DNA from: Octopus vulgaris
Lineage: Eukaryota
Direction: 5' to 3'
DNA: 64,000 nucleotides
NCBI GenBank assembly: GCA_951406725.2
Contig: OX597818.1
Coordinates: 141,422,001 to 141,486,000, forward strand
Shown: piece by piece, positions 41,091 through 54,917 of the stretch
How the letters are laid out: every line of letters starts with the position of its first letter
How positions within the stretch are numbered: the first letter of the stretch is position 1
Made by a program: the position numbers and the translations under genes
Notes under the pieces: generated by a model
What the model was told of the DNA's origin: nothing
Seen by the model: only the letters and a program-made list of their open reading frames with translations
Database searches by the model: none

Positions 41091-41539
41091 CACACAAATG
41101 ACTATGTGATTTACATGACTTCACCCCCACCCGTCAATTCAACATTGCCTGAAGACGTGCACGGCATATCACACGTCAGGTTTTCGAAGTGACTGCAGAC
41201 CAACGTGAGATGAAGAGTTTTGCTGAAGACCACAAGACACCCACTCGGTTCAAGAATCAAGAATTGAAACCACGATCTCGCACTCCTGAGTGCCGCACTT
41301 CACTTATCCATTAGGCCATGCACCTGAATGATATTCTGAATTCAAATCAAGGTAGACATTATCAAGAAAAAATAAAATAAGGCTCATGGGTAGAGTGCCT
41401 CCCGTATTACTTTTTCTCGAATTTAAAGCTCTGAGTGACAGAGCGCTTGGTGGTGGTGGTCGTGGGGAGACTCTGTATCTCTATTTTAATCTTACTCATT
41501 CTATTGAATAATTTCCCCTTTATACATCGACATCTTCGT

Positions 41540-41760
41540 CGTCATTGTTGTCATGGTTGCTGTTATCACTGTCTTGGTCATCATCATCAACATCGCTGTC
41601 ATCATCATCATCATCATCATCATCACAATCATCATCACCATCATCATCATCAACATTCATCATCATCAACATCATCATCATTATGACCATCATCAGCAAA
41701 ATCACCACCAACAATATCAGCATCGTAGTCACCATCATCATCATCACAATCATCATCACT

Positions 41761-41791
<31 letters not shown>

Positions 41792-41939
41792 TCACCACCA
41801 ACATCAGCTCCATCATGGCCACCACCACCACAACCACCACGATCATCAACTTTATCATCGTTATTATCATCATCGTCATCATTATCGTCATCATCATCAT
41901 CATCACTGTCATCATCACCATAGTCATCATCACCATCAT

Positions 41940-41971
<32 letters not shown>

Positions 41972-41975
41972 GCAG
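41540..41975. repeat. Degenerate (CAT)n/(CAC)n/(CAG)n trinucleotide tract
   Basis: Direct reading. Confidence 0.9.
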
Positions 41976-42136
41976 GAGTATGACAAACGTTGTACTTTTG
42001 TATGACTTGCTTTCGATTAAACATAATTAGTGAAATAGAAAAAAAAATTTTAAATTATTAGAATTAATTAAAACAAAGACATTTCTTTCAACGTAAAGCT
42101 GATTGGTTGCTAATGACTACAGCATATACACATGTA

Positions 42137-42333
42137 TACTCCTTTTACTCTTTACTTGTTTCAGTCATTTGACTGCGGCCATGCTGGAGCACCGCCTTTA
42201 GTCGAGCAAATCAACCCCGGGACTTATTCTTTGTAAGCCCAGTACTTATTCTATTGGTCTTTTTTGCCGAACCGCTAAGTGACGGGGACGTAAACACACC
42301 AGCATCGGTTGTCAAGCAATGCTAGGGGAACAA

Positions 42334-42406
<73 letters not shown>

Positions 42407-42825
42407 TACGACAGGCTTCTTTTAGTTTCCGTCTACCAAATCCACTCACAAGGCATTGGTCGACCCGGGGCTATAGTAGAAGACACTTGCCCAAGATGCC
42501 ACGCAGTGGGACTGAACCCGGAACTATGTGGTTGGTTTGCAAGCTATTTACCACACAGCCACTCCTGCGCCTATGTATCTTCATCTTTTTCCTTTTTTTT
42601 TTGTTTACTTATTTCAATCATTCGACTACGGCCATGCTGGGGCACCGCCTTGAAGAGTTTTAGTCGAATAAATCGACCAAGTGCTTAATTTTTTTTAATT
42701 ATCGTTCTTATTCTTTCGGTTTTTTGCTGAACCGCTAAGTTTCAGGGACGTAAACACACCAATACCGTTTGTCAAGCCGTGGTGGTGGACAAAGACAGAC
42801 ACAAAGTCATACACACACATACATA
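42137..42825 (-). mobile_element. SINE family A, full copy (42137-42572) plus an older partial copy
   Basis: Matches 37376-37780. Confidence 0.85.
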
Positions 42826-43683
42826 CTGACTACCTGATAAAAATCATTCACGTGATTTTATCCTTATATTCTAGTATGAATTAATATATACATACATACA
42901 AATATGTATATATACTAGACTATCCGTGATTCATTGGGTTACCGGGAAAGTCTGTTTCCCAGCAACGGAATTCTATTTCGCGGTGGTGGGGGGGCTCCCA
43001 GCTTATTTCGCATACTTTCAACGAATGTGACGTTGAAGTCACACGTAAACAGCTTCTTTCCCCAGAAAAGGAAAGATTTGGCTGCTATTTCCCGCACGCT
43101 CTGTTACTACGTAACAGGTATTTCGGGCCCTTATCGCAAATAGCTGCTACGTAGAAATAGTTTCCAAATCTTTGGCAGTGAGATAAGTTGAATGCACTCG
43201 AAAAAAACCTATGAAAAGAAATTATTTCACACCGAAGTTATGAACAAATCTTTTACGAAATATTTACAGAATTTTAAAATCATTTTCACTTTAAAATATG
43301 TTTAGATATGCCAAAAAAAATTGTAATGGTATTCAATTGAAAATAATATTTAAGAAAACATTAAAATATTGTCTGTTTAAAGAAATCTAAAATATAAATC
43401 CTTACTGTACAAACAACTTACATTTTTGAAATCACTTTCACTTAAATATATCTCTAAATGATTAAAATATTGTATTTAACAAAAGCGAAAATAGAAACAT
43501 TTTCTGTAAAAAAAACAAATCTTACTTTTCCGTTGTCAAATCACTGTCTTCTCGAAAGGTTAGAGTTTCTTCCCTTTCAAGATGAAATTATATTCGGAAC
43601 ATTTTCACATTATGCACCAGTTTTGGCTGGGTAACATTGCAAACACAAGCAAGATTCAGACTGACATTTCAAGTATTATAGAT

Positions 43684-43724
<41 letters not shown>

Positions 43725-43800
43725 CACACAGACACACACACATACACAAGCACACATACACACAGACACACACACACACATACACACAGACACACACACA

Positions 43801-43855
<55 letters not shown>

Positions 43856-43879
43856 GATCGTTAGCTCCAACACTAATTT

Positions 43880-44055
43880 TTTTCTCTCCTTGTTTCTCTC
43901 CTTGATTTTTTATGTGTATCTTTCTGTCGAAGAGCGTTTGGCTCGAAACGTAAAAGACTTGTTCTATTTCTATTCCTGAGCGCTATACTAATACATGTGT
44001 CTGTTTGTACACCACCTGCCTTTGCCTTTTGTTTATTTTCGTAAACCTTCCCGTT
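43880..44055 (+). mobile_element. Short dispersed repeat with minimal hammerhead-like motif, copy 2
   Basis: TCTTT-CTGTCGA-A-GAGC(GTTTG)GCTC-GAAA-CG-TA-AAAGA at 43919-43957; homologous to 4311-4465. Confidence 0.6.
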
Positions 44056-44064
44056 ATATATATA

Positions 44065-44918
44065 TAGGGTGGGTGAAGAGTAAGTAGGCATTAAAAATTT
44101 GTAATAAAATCCATATTTCTTTAACAAATTTTTTGAAACAAAATACATGTTCTTTATTACATGGCAAAATGAAAGTAAATCTTTATATTTCAACGTAAGC
44201 AACGGTGGTGTGAACCAGATTCCTTAAACGGCCAGATATGAAATGAACGTTGTCTGGGACATCCTTGAGAACCTCCCGAATCCGTGTCTCCCAGTCCTCC
44301 ACTGAGCGATATTTTGTCTTGTACACCTCCTCTTTTGTGCCATCCCACAGGTACAAATCACATGGTTCTTGAGTTCTGGACCTCTTGGAGTTCTTAAGGT
44401 CTGGACTTCTGTAGTCACAGTCTTTAGTCTTTAGGGTTAAGTTCCTGCACGTAAATGGGTTTCCATGGACGAAAATTCAATTCTTTATGTAACAGCGTGA
44501 GTCTTGTTAGTCCATTTTCCCGAAGTGCTTAGCGTGTTGATTTTTGAAGGCTGTGATTAAACTTTTCCTGCACTGTTTGCACGCTCTCTGCTGATTGGCA
44601 TATGGATGAACGACCACGTATTCTTGCATCATTCACAGAGCCTGTAGTCATCAGTTTTGTATAACTTTTTATTCACTCTGGGCGTAGTGTTGCATGCTTA
44701 CCTTTCGATGCATGCCACTATCTCTGAACCAAAATGATGGAATTCCGCACTGTATAGCGTCAGGCCATCTGGGAAATAAGAAATAAAAAATAAGACAATA
44801 AAAAAATAGGAAATCCCAATTACTGTTATCTGTTTAAAAAATGTTTCCGTCATGACTTCAGTGATACTAAAAATTCTATAAGCAATTTCTAATGCCTACT
44901 TATTTTCCACCAACCCTG
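44065..44918 (-). mobile_element. Internally deleted Tc1/mariner (DD41D-like) element
   Basis: ~35-bp TIRs (AGGGTGGGTGAAGAGTAAGTAGGCATTAAAAATT and its near reverse complement at 44884-44918) in TA runs; remnant 'PRGPEL...CDLYLWD' (cf. PRSPDLTPCDFFLWG). Confidence 0.75.
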
Positions 44919-45185
44919 TATATATATATATATCTGTTTTTCTGTTGTTAAAAAAATTGCTTTTCCGTTTTCGTTTATCGTTGAGTTCTACGTCTAGTTG
45001 TGGTGTCCTGTACTCACGTATATATATATTTATATATGCATGTATATATACATGTAGATGTAGATACGTACATATATGTTTGTATGTATGCATATATTTT
45101 ATTTATTACACTATTGTCTGACAGCGCCTTCGCGTCGGGTTCGATTCGATTCGTCGCTTCGTTCCGTTTCTTATCCTCCCAGTAC

Positions 45186-45235
<50 letters not shown>

Positions 45236-45238
<3 letters not shown>

Positions 45239-45543
45239 CTTACGATCGTGAGGTTGTGAGCTCGAATCCCGGACCGGGCTGCGTGTTGTGTTCTCGAGCA
45301 AGGCACTTTATTTCACGTTGCTCCAGTTCACTCAGCTGTAGAAATGAGCTGCGACGTCACTGGTGCCAAGCTGTATCGACCTTTGTCTTTCCCTTGGATA
45401 TCACTGGTGGCGTGGAGAGGGGAGGCTGGTATGCATGGGCGACTGCTGGCCTTCCATAAACAACCTTGCCCGGACTTGTGTCTAGGAGGATAACTTTCTA
45501 GGTGCAATCCCATGGTCATTCATGACCGAAGGGGGTCTTTACC

Positions 45544-45545
<2 letters not shown>
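45236..45545 (+). mobile_element. 5'-truncated SINE with CORE-like centre and a distinct tail
   Basis: B-box-like GCTCGAATCC; 'gagcaaggcactttatttcacgttgctccagt' is shared with 35036-35352. Confidence 0.75.
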
Positions 45546-45598
<53 letters not shown>

Positions 45599-46058
45599 AT
45601 ATATATACGACGTTTCTTTCAGTTTCTGAGACAATAGTAGAAGAAACTCGTGTAAGGTACCACACAGTAGGACTGAACCCAAGCATGTGGTTGTGAAGCA
45701 AGCTTCTTACCATATAGCCAACACTCCCACACACACATACATAAATATACAAACATTCACAAATACATGTACACGCATACATATATGCGCACAAGCGTAC
45801 ACAGAATCTTGTTCAATCACACGTACACAAACACAGATGCGCACAAAATTTAACGTTTCTCAAAAATAAAATTAAAATATATTTCTATTCGTACTGCTTT
45901 ACGTAAGATAAAATCTATGTTATTTCTTTTAGCATCTCATCAAGTTTTGTATTTGATATTCTGTAATGTCGTTCTTTCAACCAATGCTCGTTATATTTGC
46001 TCAGGTGAAATGAGAACTGTAAGTTGTCGTGAAATGAGAACTGTAAGAAGCTTATGAG

Positions 46059-46102
<44 letters not shown>

Positions 46103-46529
46103 TCCTTTGGAATAAGGGATATATTAGCTGTTGCAACACCATTCTTCTAGGGGAATGAAACTGATATAAACTCTGCTGTTTCATATGATTATTGGTTATC
46201 ACGAATCGGCCTGTCACTTGGTACTAATCATGGGGACTCTAAGCGTTATGCTCGTGTTGCGCAAGCGTTTATCAGAATAATCCAACAATTTAAAGATTTA
46301 TATGGTACCTCATTTATCATTTGTAATTCCACTTATTGAGACTCCTATGGTGATGTAACAGTCGTGACATTTGCACACCTAACCGGTCGGAAGAGCACAG
46401 TTACTGAGTAGCCGGATTGAATCTTCACGGAGGGAATATTAGAAATGTCATCAACAAAGAGTAAGCACAAGCAGACAGTAATCAATCGCGAAATGGCGCA
46501 ATATCTTATATATGTGCATGTGTTTATAT

Positions 46530-46586
<57 letters not shown>

Positions 46587-48675
46587 TACACATATATACA
46601 TACACACACACACACATATATATATATATAGTGCAAGGTGGTGGGTAAACTAACTTATATTTTGATTAAAATTATTTATGCATTTTAGCTATGATGTCTC
46701 CTGTTCTGTGTTCAAACCACGCTTAAGATTTAAATTTTCATCACCAAGCACCGAGTTACTTGTCATCGACATATATCTAGCTTTACAGAAGCCAAATTTT
46801 CATACAGTCTCAGGGGATATTTTTGTGGTTCATTGAACGAGTTATCTTTTACCTTGCTGATATCTGGTGATTTGCTTTAATTTTTCCTTTTACTTTTGTC
46901 CTAGTTATTGCTGCTTCGCTAATGATATCTTTGACTATAGAAGACAATATCCAAATATATTGGATCCCTTAAATCTTATTTGTAGGTGGACCAAAAGTCA
47001 CGAAGGGGTTTGATTGTTTAATAGCTCATATATTTTTTCAGTTTTATATTTAAGAGAAATGCTACAGTGGTGATGAACAAGTGTGACTACTTGGAAAAAT
47101 TGGCAAGTCTTATAAGTGAGGGTAGCTACAGCAAAGGAGAGAAAGACCCAACTCTGAAAACAGAGGGGTAGTTGTCACAGATCTTGATCAAGAACAAGGA
47201 TCACTTTACACCAATAAAGTACAGACAACTGACCTAAACACCACAGTAAGCTACCACACATGTATGGTCTTCCTAAGATTCACAAGGATGGTATTCCATT
47301 AAGACCTGTAGTGAGCTGTAGAGGTTCAGCATGTCATCCACTGAGCCGTTTCCTTGTGGATATAATCAGTCCATTAGCAGGAAAGTCATCATCGTAAGTG
47401 AAGAATTCCACCCACTTCACAGAATTGATCAAGGATACCCCCATTGAATCCAACCAGATGGTGAGTCTAGATGTGATAAGCTTGTTCACCAAAGCCCCAA
47501 CTGGTGATGCACTATCGGTGATACAAGAAAAACTAGTGACAGACAGCCATCTAAAAGAACGCACTTGTATACTAATAAGAAACTTTGTGGAAATGTTGAC
47601 CTTCTGAATAGAAACTACCTACTTCAGTATGGACACTGATATATATTGACAAGAGGACAGTTTAGCTAGGGGTTCACCATTATCACCGGTAATAGCCAAT
47701 ATATACATGGAATACTTGGCTTTAGGATCAACACCACTAAAACCCACACTATGTTGATGACTCCTTTATACTCTGGCCCCACCAGGAAGATGTCCAAGTG
47801 CTGTAACATCATGTGAACTCAATAAAGCCATCCATACAGGTCACAATGGAAAAGGAAACAAACAATCAGCTGGCATTCCTGGACGTATTAATAACAAGCA
47901 CCAAGTATGGCTTCAGGACATCCGTATAGCGCAAGCCGACCTTTACTGAACGATACCTCAACTCTAAGTCCCACCATCCATACAGTTTAAAGAGAGGGAT
48001 TATTCAGTGCCTAAAACATCGTGAAAAGAATATAAGTAGCGATCGTGATACACACCACGGAGAAATGATCAAGCTCAATCTGTTAAGCAACAACTACCCC
48101 AAAAGTATATTCTTCACTCCAATTATAAAGAAGAGAGAGGATGAGACGAATGAACTGTCCACAGTCTGTCTACCCTATGTGAAAGGCCTCTCCAGAAAGA
48201 TACAAAAAATATGCGACCCATATGACATCAGGACAGTATTCAAGAGTAATACAACACTTCGCAAATATCTCCTTCGAGTAAAATGACCAATAGAAGAGAA
48301 TATGACCAAAGACTGCAAGTACTCCATCCCATGCAGCAGTGGTAGGTTATACAAAGTCGAAACATGCCGCCCTCTCAAAATAAGGGTAGACGAACATCAC
48401 AAAGCTGTGACACGAGGAGGTATTCATAAATTGAGTATAGCCGATCATGTATGGAAAAATGGAGATCACCTCCTCCTGTGGGATGAAGTTACTATAATAG
48501 ACAGAGAACACCACTGGAAAATACGAAAACTAAAAGAAGCAGCACATACGCTAGGACACAACAACCTCCTAAGCAGACCGAGTGCAGATATGAGCAGCAT
48601 ATGGGAACTGGTACTAAGGGAGGATAGAAAAATATTAGATTTATAAGCCCTAAAATTCACTCCATATTCGCCCAC

Positions 48676-48799
48676 GGGCATATGGCATAGTGGTTAAGAG
48701 CGCGGGCTACTAACCCCAAGATTCCGAGTTGGATTCCAAGCAGTGACCTGAATAATGATAATAATAATAATAATAATGATAATAATAATAATAATAATA
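48676..48799 (+). mobile_element. Minimal tRNA-derived SINE (head plus (TAA)n tail) inserted in the Penelope 3' end
   Basis: A box TGGCATAGTGG, B-box-like GTTGGATTCC; candidate TSD CCCAC at 48671-48675 and 48800-48804. Confidence 0.75.
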
Positions 48800-48807
48800 C
48801 CCACAAG

Positions 48808-48848
48808 ACACCGAAGAAGGCTGGAAGGTAGATCAGCCGACGTTGTGT
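48808..48848 (+). ncRNA. Decayed minimal hammerhead of the Penelope 3' repeat
   Basis: ACAC-C[t]GAAGA-A-GGCTG...CAGCC-GA[aa]-CGT-T-GTGT; the bracketed core bases are missing. Confidence 0.5.
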
Positions 48849-48918
48849 AAAAAACAAACAAAATGAGGACAAATATCCGTCGAATGTAAATAACGATCAT
48901 TTATTTTTTGTTTGAAAT

Positions 48919-49985
48919 TTACAATACCGTAGTACCATATACAGTATTTACAGAAAATAAATTTAGACTACTTATGGAAAAAAACACATTTCGTAAATGG
49001 TGTTTATTTTCTACTTCGCACAACCATGCCTTTTCTAATGTGTTTTCGATGATAGCCCTTAATGCTTTAGGTTCCAGTACTCTGATTTCAACCTGAATAT
49101 TGATTTTAAGCTGTTGGCGTATCTGAGGTTTGTTATCATAAATTGTTTCCTTGATTAGATCCATAAGATATAGTCAGATCTGGGAAACGCAATAACCAGC
49201 ATATGCCACAATCATTGGAAATTTTTCTTACCTAAGAAATATGCCTGGGCAGATGGATTGCGATCCTTGCTGTGTTAGAGATGGCTTCTTCCTTTTAGAA
49301 CCATGTGTCAGGTTTATTTCGATCCCCTGAAAGTATTAAATTTTCGATCATAGACTTGTATTCATCCCCTGTAACAATGACAGGTTTCCTATCATCGTCT
49401 TCGGAAACATATGGTTTGATCACTTCTGATATCACCCCACACCAGACCGTACACTTAAGAGGATGCAATTCCATTTGGTGAATTGCCCTAGGGTTTTCCG
49501 AACCCCAACTCCAGCAGTTTTGTTCATTAATGAAGTCGTTTAAATGAAAATGTGCTTCATCTGATATAATAAGCTTTCGGATAAATTCGGGATTTTTTCT
49601 CTTGCTAGTTCTTGAAATCTAACTGCATATTACAATCTGTGGGCATAATCTGGTGGCTTCACTTACTGCACCAACTGGATTATATACGGAAAAATGTTCA
49701 AGGTTTTCAGTATACGCCGGAGCGACGTCTCTGCAGACCGTCTTCACGTTGATATACTTGAGTCTTCTATTGATACGGTGTCTGCCAGTTCGTGAAAGGT
49801 CGCTTACTGAATCCTGTCCCTCAAAACGACTGATGAAACGTCTAATCATTGATTCACTTGCAGAATCTCTCACACTGTAATGGCAGTGATATTCTCATTT
49901 AGTTAGAATTATTGATTCTCGGTTTTGATAGTGCATTTTTACAATTTGTGTTTCATATTCGTTCGTGAACTTTCCTATGGTTAAT
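48919..49985 (-). mobile_element. Tc1/mariner DD41D (rosa-like) transposase relic
   Basis: IISDEAHFHLNDFINEQNCWSWGSENP, HPLKCTVWCG, WLLRFPDLT, LIKETIYDNKP; TIRs not recognised. Confidence 0.8.
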
Positions 49986-50894
49986 CTCTAAGGTGTTCTG
50001 TATAAAATTTGTAAAAAAAATTAAAGAAATTAATTTTCAAATACACACACACTCACACACACACACACTACACACACACACACACACACACACATACAAA
50101 CACATACATACACACACACTCACACACATCTAAATATATAATAAGCCGTTTCAAGATGAGTTTCAGTCCGTGTTGAGTGCTATTTCTAACAGTTCAATCT
50201 ATGATGTAGAGAAACCCTCATGGACACATTCAGATACATGATATGTGTACATGCACTGGAGTTTATAAATACCATATATGTGTTCGTTTAACGAAATGAG
50301 ATTTTTGTTTGAAATCTTCCCATTCAAAATATCGTAGTTCTCAACGCTTGTAATATTTCTGTTTACATATCAGCAGTTAGAAATACGCCATGCATGAATT
50401 TAAAATAAATCTATGATTTCAACCATTGTTAAAAATTTGTCATGTGTAGGCCGATATTTCTTCACGTGAAATAATGATTTAGTGATGATCTTAAGGTGTT
50501 TTCTCAACCGTTATGCAAAGCACTATGGTGCTGTATTCAATCCTTTTCGCTTGCTAATGATATAATGCAGTTTCACATATCCCCGTGGAGTAGAACTTAA
50601 TGACTCAACAGGTTAGCAACAACTTTAGCGATTTAGGATTTCACAAATATTTCAACGAGCTACGAAATACTACATTGTTTTTGGGTTTCCATCACTACAT
50701 AGTGTGTGTATGTGCGTGTGTGTGTGTGTGTGCGTGTACGTATGCACATATCAATTTATCGATATGTGTGTGCGTGTGTATACGTATGCATATAGGCATA
50801 TACGTATATATGCATGCATATGTATACATATACATGCATATACATTATATCCACGGATATACATATGGAATGATGAAGGTGTATATATATATAT

Positions 50895-51060
50895 ATATAT
50901 ATAAATATTTCTGCGCATGTAATCACACTTATATATATATATAACATGTGTGCATATGTATATGTATATGTTTACATATATATAAACATATACATATGCA
51001 TATGCACACACGTTATATATATATAAGTGTGATTTCATGCGCAGAAATATTTATGTATAT
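50895..51060. repeat. Near-perfect ~165-bp palindrome
   Basis: ATAAATATTTCTGCGCATGTAATCACACTTATA...TATAAGTGTGATTTCATGCGCAGAAATATTTAT. Confidence 0.9.
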
Positions 51061-51523
51061 TTTTAAATTTCATGATTTTCATATCTGTGGAAGTTAGCAC
51101 TAAAGATTCCCAAAGCTATATATCTTTCCTTAATAGTGCGTCCAACCATGTATGCATTCATATAAAGTCAGAAAGATATCCAACTATTGTATAGTTTCCG
51201 ATTGTTAGATTCATTTGCTCAGTAAGCTGTTTAGCAGCGACCTCAAAATGAAATTTATACATATTTCAGTTGCTTCTGAATATGAACTTTACATCTTGGC
51301 TTCAGGTTGCACTACTTGCCGTTTAGGTTAAGATGTTCGTATTTCCAGTCAAAGTATCGGCAGTTTGCATTCTATTTACGAAGCTAGAACATAACCTACG
51401 CAAATGTCTTCAAGTTTCAATGACCAGTTAATCTAATATACTTGGATGTCAATAGCAACAACGCTGGTGTACAGCAAACGAAATAAATTATTTGTAAAAG
51501 AGAAAACGTTTTATCGTTTACAG

Positions 51524-52200
51524 CGGGGGTTCTCAAAAATTTGGGGCCACCGTCCCTCCTCATGGCCACATAATAACCTCACCAACCCTCTTTTACTTGT
51601 TTCAGTCATTTGATTGCAGCCATGCTGGAGCACCGCCTTTAATCGAGCAACTCGACCCCGGGACTTATTCTTTTGTAAGCCCAGAACTTAGTCTATCGGT
51701 CTGTTTTGCTGAACCGCTAAGTAACGGGGACATAAACACACCAGCATTGGTTGTCAAGCAATGCTAGGGGGACAAACATATACACACATACATATATATA
51801 TATACACGTCAGGCTTCTTTCAGTTTCCGTCTACCAAATCCACTCACAAGGCATTGGTCGGCCCGAGGCTATAGTAGAAAGCACTTGCCCAAGGTGCCAC
51901 GCAGTGGGATTGAACCCGGAACCATGTGGTTGGCAAACAAGCTACTTACCACACAGCCACTCCACCCATATTTTTTTAATATAAATATATATTTTATATT
52001 TTACTAATTTATATTTAATATAGTATATAATTTGTATAAAATGCTATAAAAATATAAATTCATAGCGTCACCCAATCCACTGCTTTCCTCCCATCACCTC
52101 CTTATGTTTTCTAGCGCCCGTCCCCCACACCATCCCCTTCGACACCAGCGCCCACCTGGACGTTCTCAACGCCCACCAGCACCCACTTTGAGAACCTATG
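51524..52200. mobile_element. hAT-type MITE with a nested SINE family A copy (51588-51963, minus strand)
   Basis: TIRs CGGGGGTTCTCAAA / TTTGAGAACCTATG; TSD GTTTACAG / TTTTACAG (7 of 8 match). Confidence 0.7.
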
Positions 52201-52364
52201 TTTTACAGGTTGTTTCTTATCAAAATTGATAGCAAGGTCTACAATACATCAGTGTTTCTAATCCGTTCAGATTGTTCCTTTTTTCATCATCTTAACGTCA
52301 TGTTATAGCGCTCCCTATATAGGGTTATAGAAAGTCGCATATACGATTGACGAAATGGACTATA

Positions 52365-52411
52365 TGTCAAGCGATGGTAGGGGGACAGACACAGACACAC
52401 AAACATATACA

Positions 52412-52500
<89 letters not shown>

Positions 52501-52669
52501 ATATACGACGGGATACTTTCAGTTTCTGTCTATCAAATTCACTCAAAAAGCTTTGGTCGGTCCGAAGCTATAGCAGAAGACACTTGCCCAAGGTGCCATG
52601 CAGTGGGACTGAACCCGGAGCCATGTGGTTGGTAAGCAAGCTACTTACTACTCAACCACTCTGGCGCCT
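52365..52669 (-). mobile_element. SINE family A, partial
   Basis: Matches the head half of 37376-37780. Confidence 0.8.
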
Positions 52670-52745
52670 GTGGGTGTGTGTGTGTGTGTGTGTGTGAGTG
52701 TGTATAGAAAACAAAGTTATTTTATTTCATACACCCGCTCCTGCG

Positions 52746-52820
<75 letters not shown>

Positions 52821-53183
52821 CCGCCAACGCCATATTTGAGTTTCCACTTTCGGGTGCAATAGTATAAAGTAACAGGTCGATATAATTGACTTGAAAATTG
52901 CTGGCCTTGTACCAAAAATTAGATACATAGGCGCATACACTGTGCCTTTTGGAGGCGGGGGATAACTACAATAACTAAAACTACATTGCCAAAGAAATAT
53001 GCTAAAAAACGAGGTACTTTTTGAAGAGTCGCCTGAGAGGATGCATCTGCAGATATGATGCATGATGGTTGATTATATAGCATATCACCTCTACAATACC
53101 GGTGCATGATGGCACGAAACGATCGTAGTGATTCTGAATAAAGAGTCGCGTGAATTCCAATTTCTGTCTCGAAACTTTTTTGC

Positions 53184-53540
<357 letters not shown>

Positions 53541-54143
53541 ATATAATGTGTGTAAACATACAAACATACATATATACGCTGAAATTATACATTGAAATTT
53601 TTATCCATCACCATTAATATTTTAACTACCCTATATCTTAATGTAAATAAAATTTTATAAAATATGAGTTATTAGTGATACAATTCTTTGACCTTTGAAC
53701 TGTCACTTTAAACTGCATCAATACTTTTTTTTTGTGCGTTCCGTATCGACTTTCATTTGCAATTTATATATGATGGATATATAATGGGTGTGCACGTTCA
53801 TATGTGAGTGTGCATGTGTGTGTGTGCGTGTGCGTGCGTGTATGTATGTGTGTGTGTGTGTGTGTGTGTCTTTCATTTTGTTTTCGCTTTTACATAGGCC
53901 TAATTTCAGTTCTCTTTGTTTCGGAATGTGTTTTGTAGAGATTGTGCTGCAGCAACAATCGCTGAGATAAAAGTGAATCCTTAATGTGGTTTCCCATTGC
54001 AGCTGGAAATATTTCATTAAAGTTTCCATAAATATAAACTATTTTACTCAGGCTGAAATTGGGCATTGAGGACCTGATCTCAAAAGATATGTTAGTGTAC
54101 ACACATACAGACACACACATACACATATTGGCATGTATGTATA

Positions 54144-54216
<73 letters not shown>

Positions 54217-54717
54217 GCACACATACACATATATATATATATATATATATACCTCTCCGTCTATAAAAGTATATGCGTATTTGTGTGTGTGTATGGATAG
54301 GAATATGCATACGCGTATATATATATATATATATATGGCTCTCAGGCTATTCTATGTGAAATAGAAGAAATCCATGAAGGCTGTCATCTAGGCTGGTCAA
54401 TATTTCTCCAATTTTTCTGAAGTTCTCTTCGAATAAGTTCTCATGATTTGGAGCGTCCGGTGGGCTATATGTAGTACATACTACTATTCTATACTACCGG
54501 AGCGTATGTACTACAAGTGTCACAAACTGAGTTTGAGTGTGACAGTATGTCTACAGGCATGACATCTCCCCGGACGTACGTTGTAACTCCACCATGAGTT
54601 CTTTCTCTCCTAGCAGTCCCAAATACAACATATTTTGGTAAGCATATCTCAGAATTTGATATATCAACGTTCAGATATATGTTCGTGCGTTAGCACTTAT
54701 ATACTCAAACAAAGATC

Positions 54718-54917
<200 letters not shown>

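Larger units (their letters stand above)
47052..48900 (+). mobile_element. Penelope-like retroelement (Poseidon-like), 5'-truncated; RT and GIY-YIG pseudogene
   Basis: MYGLPKIHKDGIPLRPVVS, SLDVISLFT, GSPLSPVIANIYME, YVDD, FLDVLI, RKPT, LPYVKG, YSIPC...Y..ET.RPLKIRVDEH, SIADH, RKLKEA; several stops and frameshifts. Confidence 0.92.

Noticed and set aside
41435-42030. His-rich, Asp-rich or Ser/Ile-rich protein ORFs
   Set aside because: A (CAT)n tract is open in several frames on both strands; no splice or domain support.
42914-43600. Helitron/Helentron-like element starting TACTAG
   Set aside because: The start is only suggestive; I could not identify a matching terminus, hairpin or second copy.
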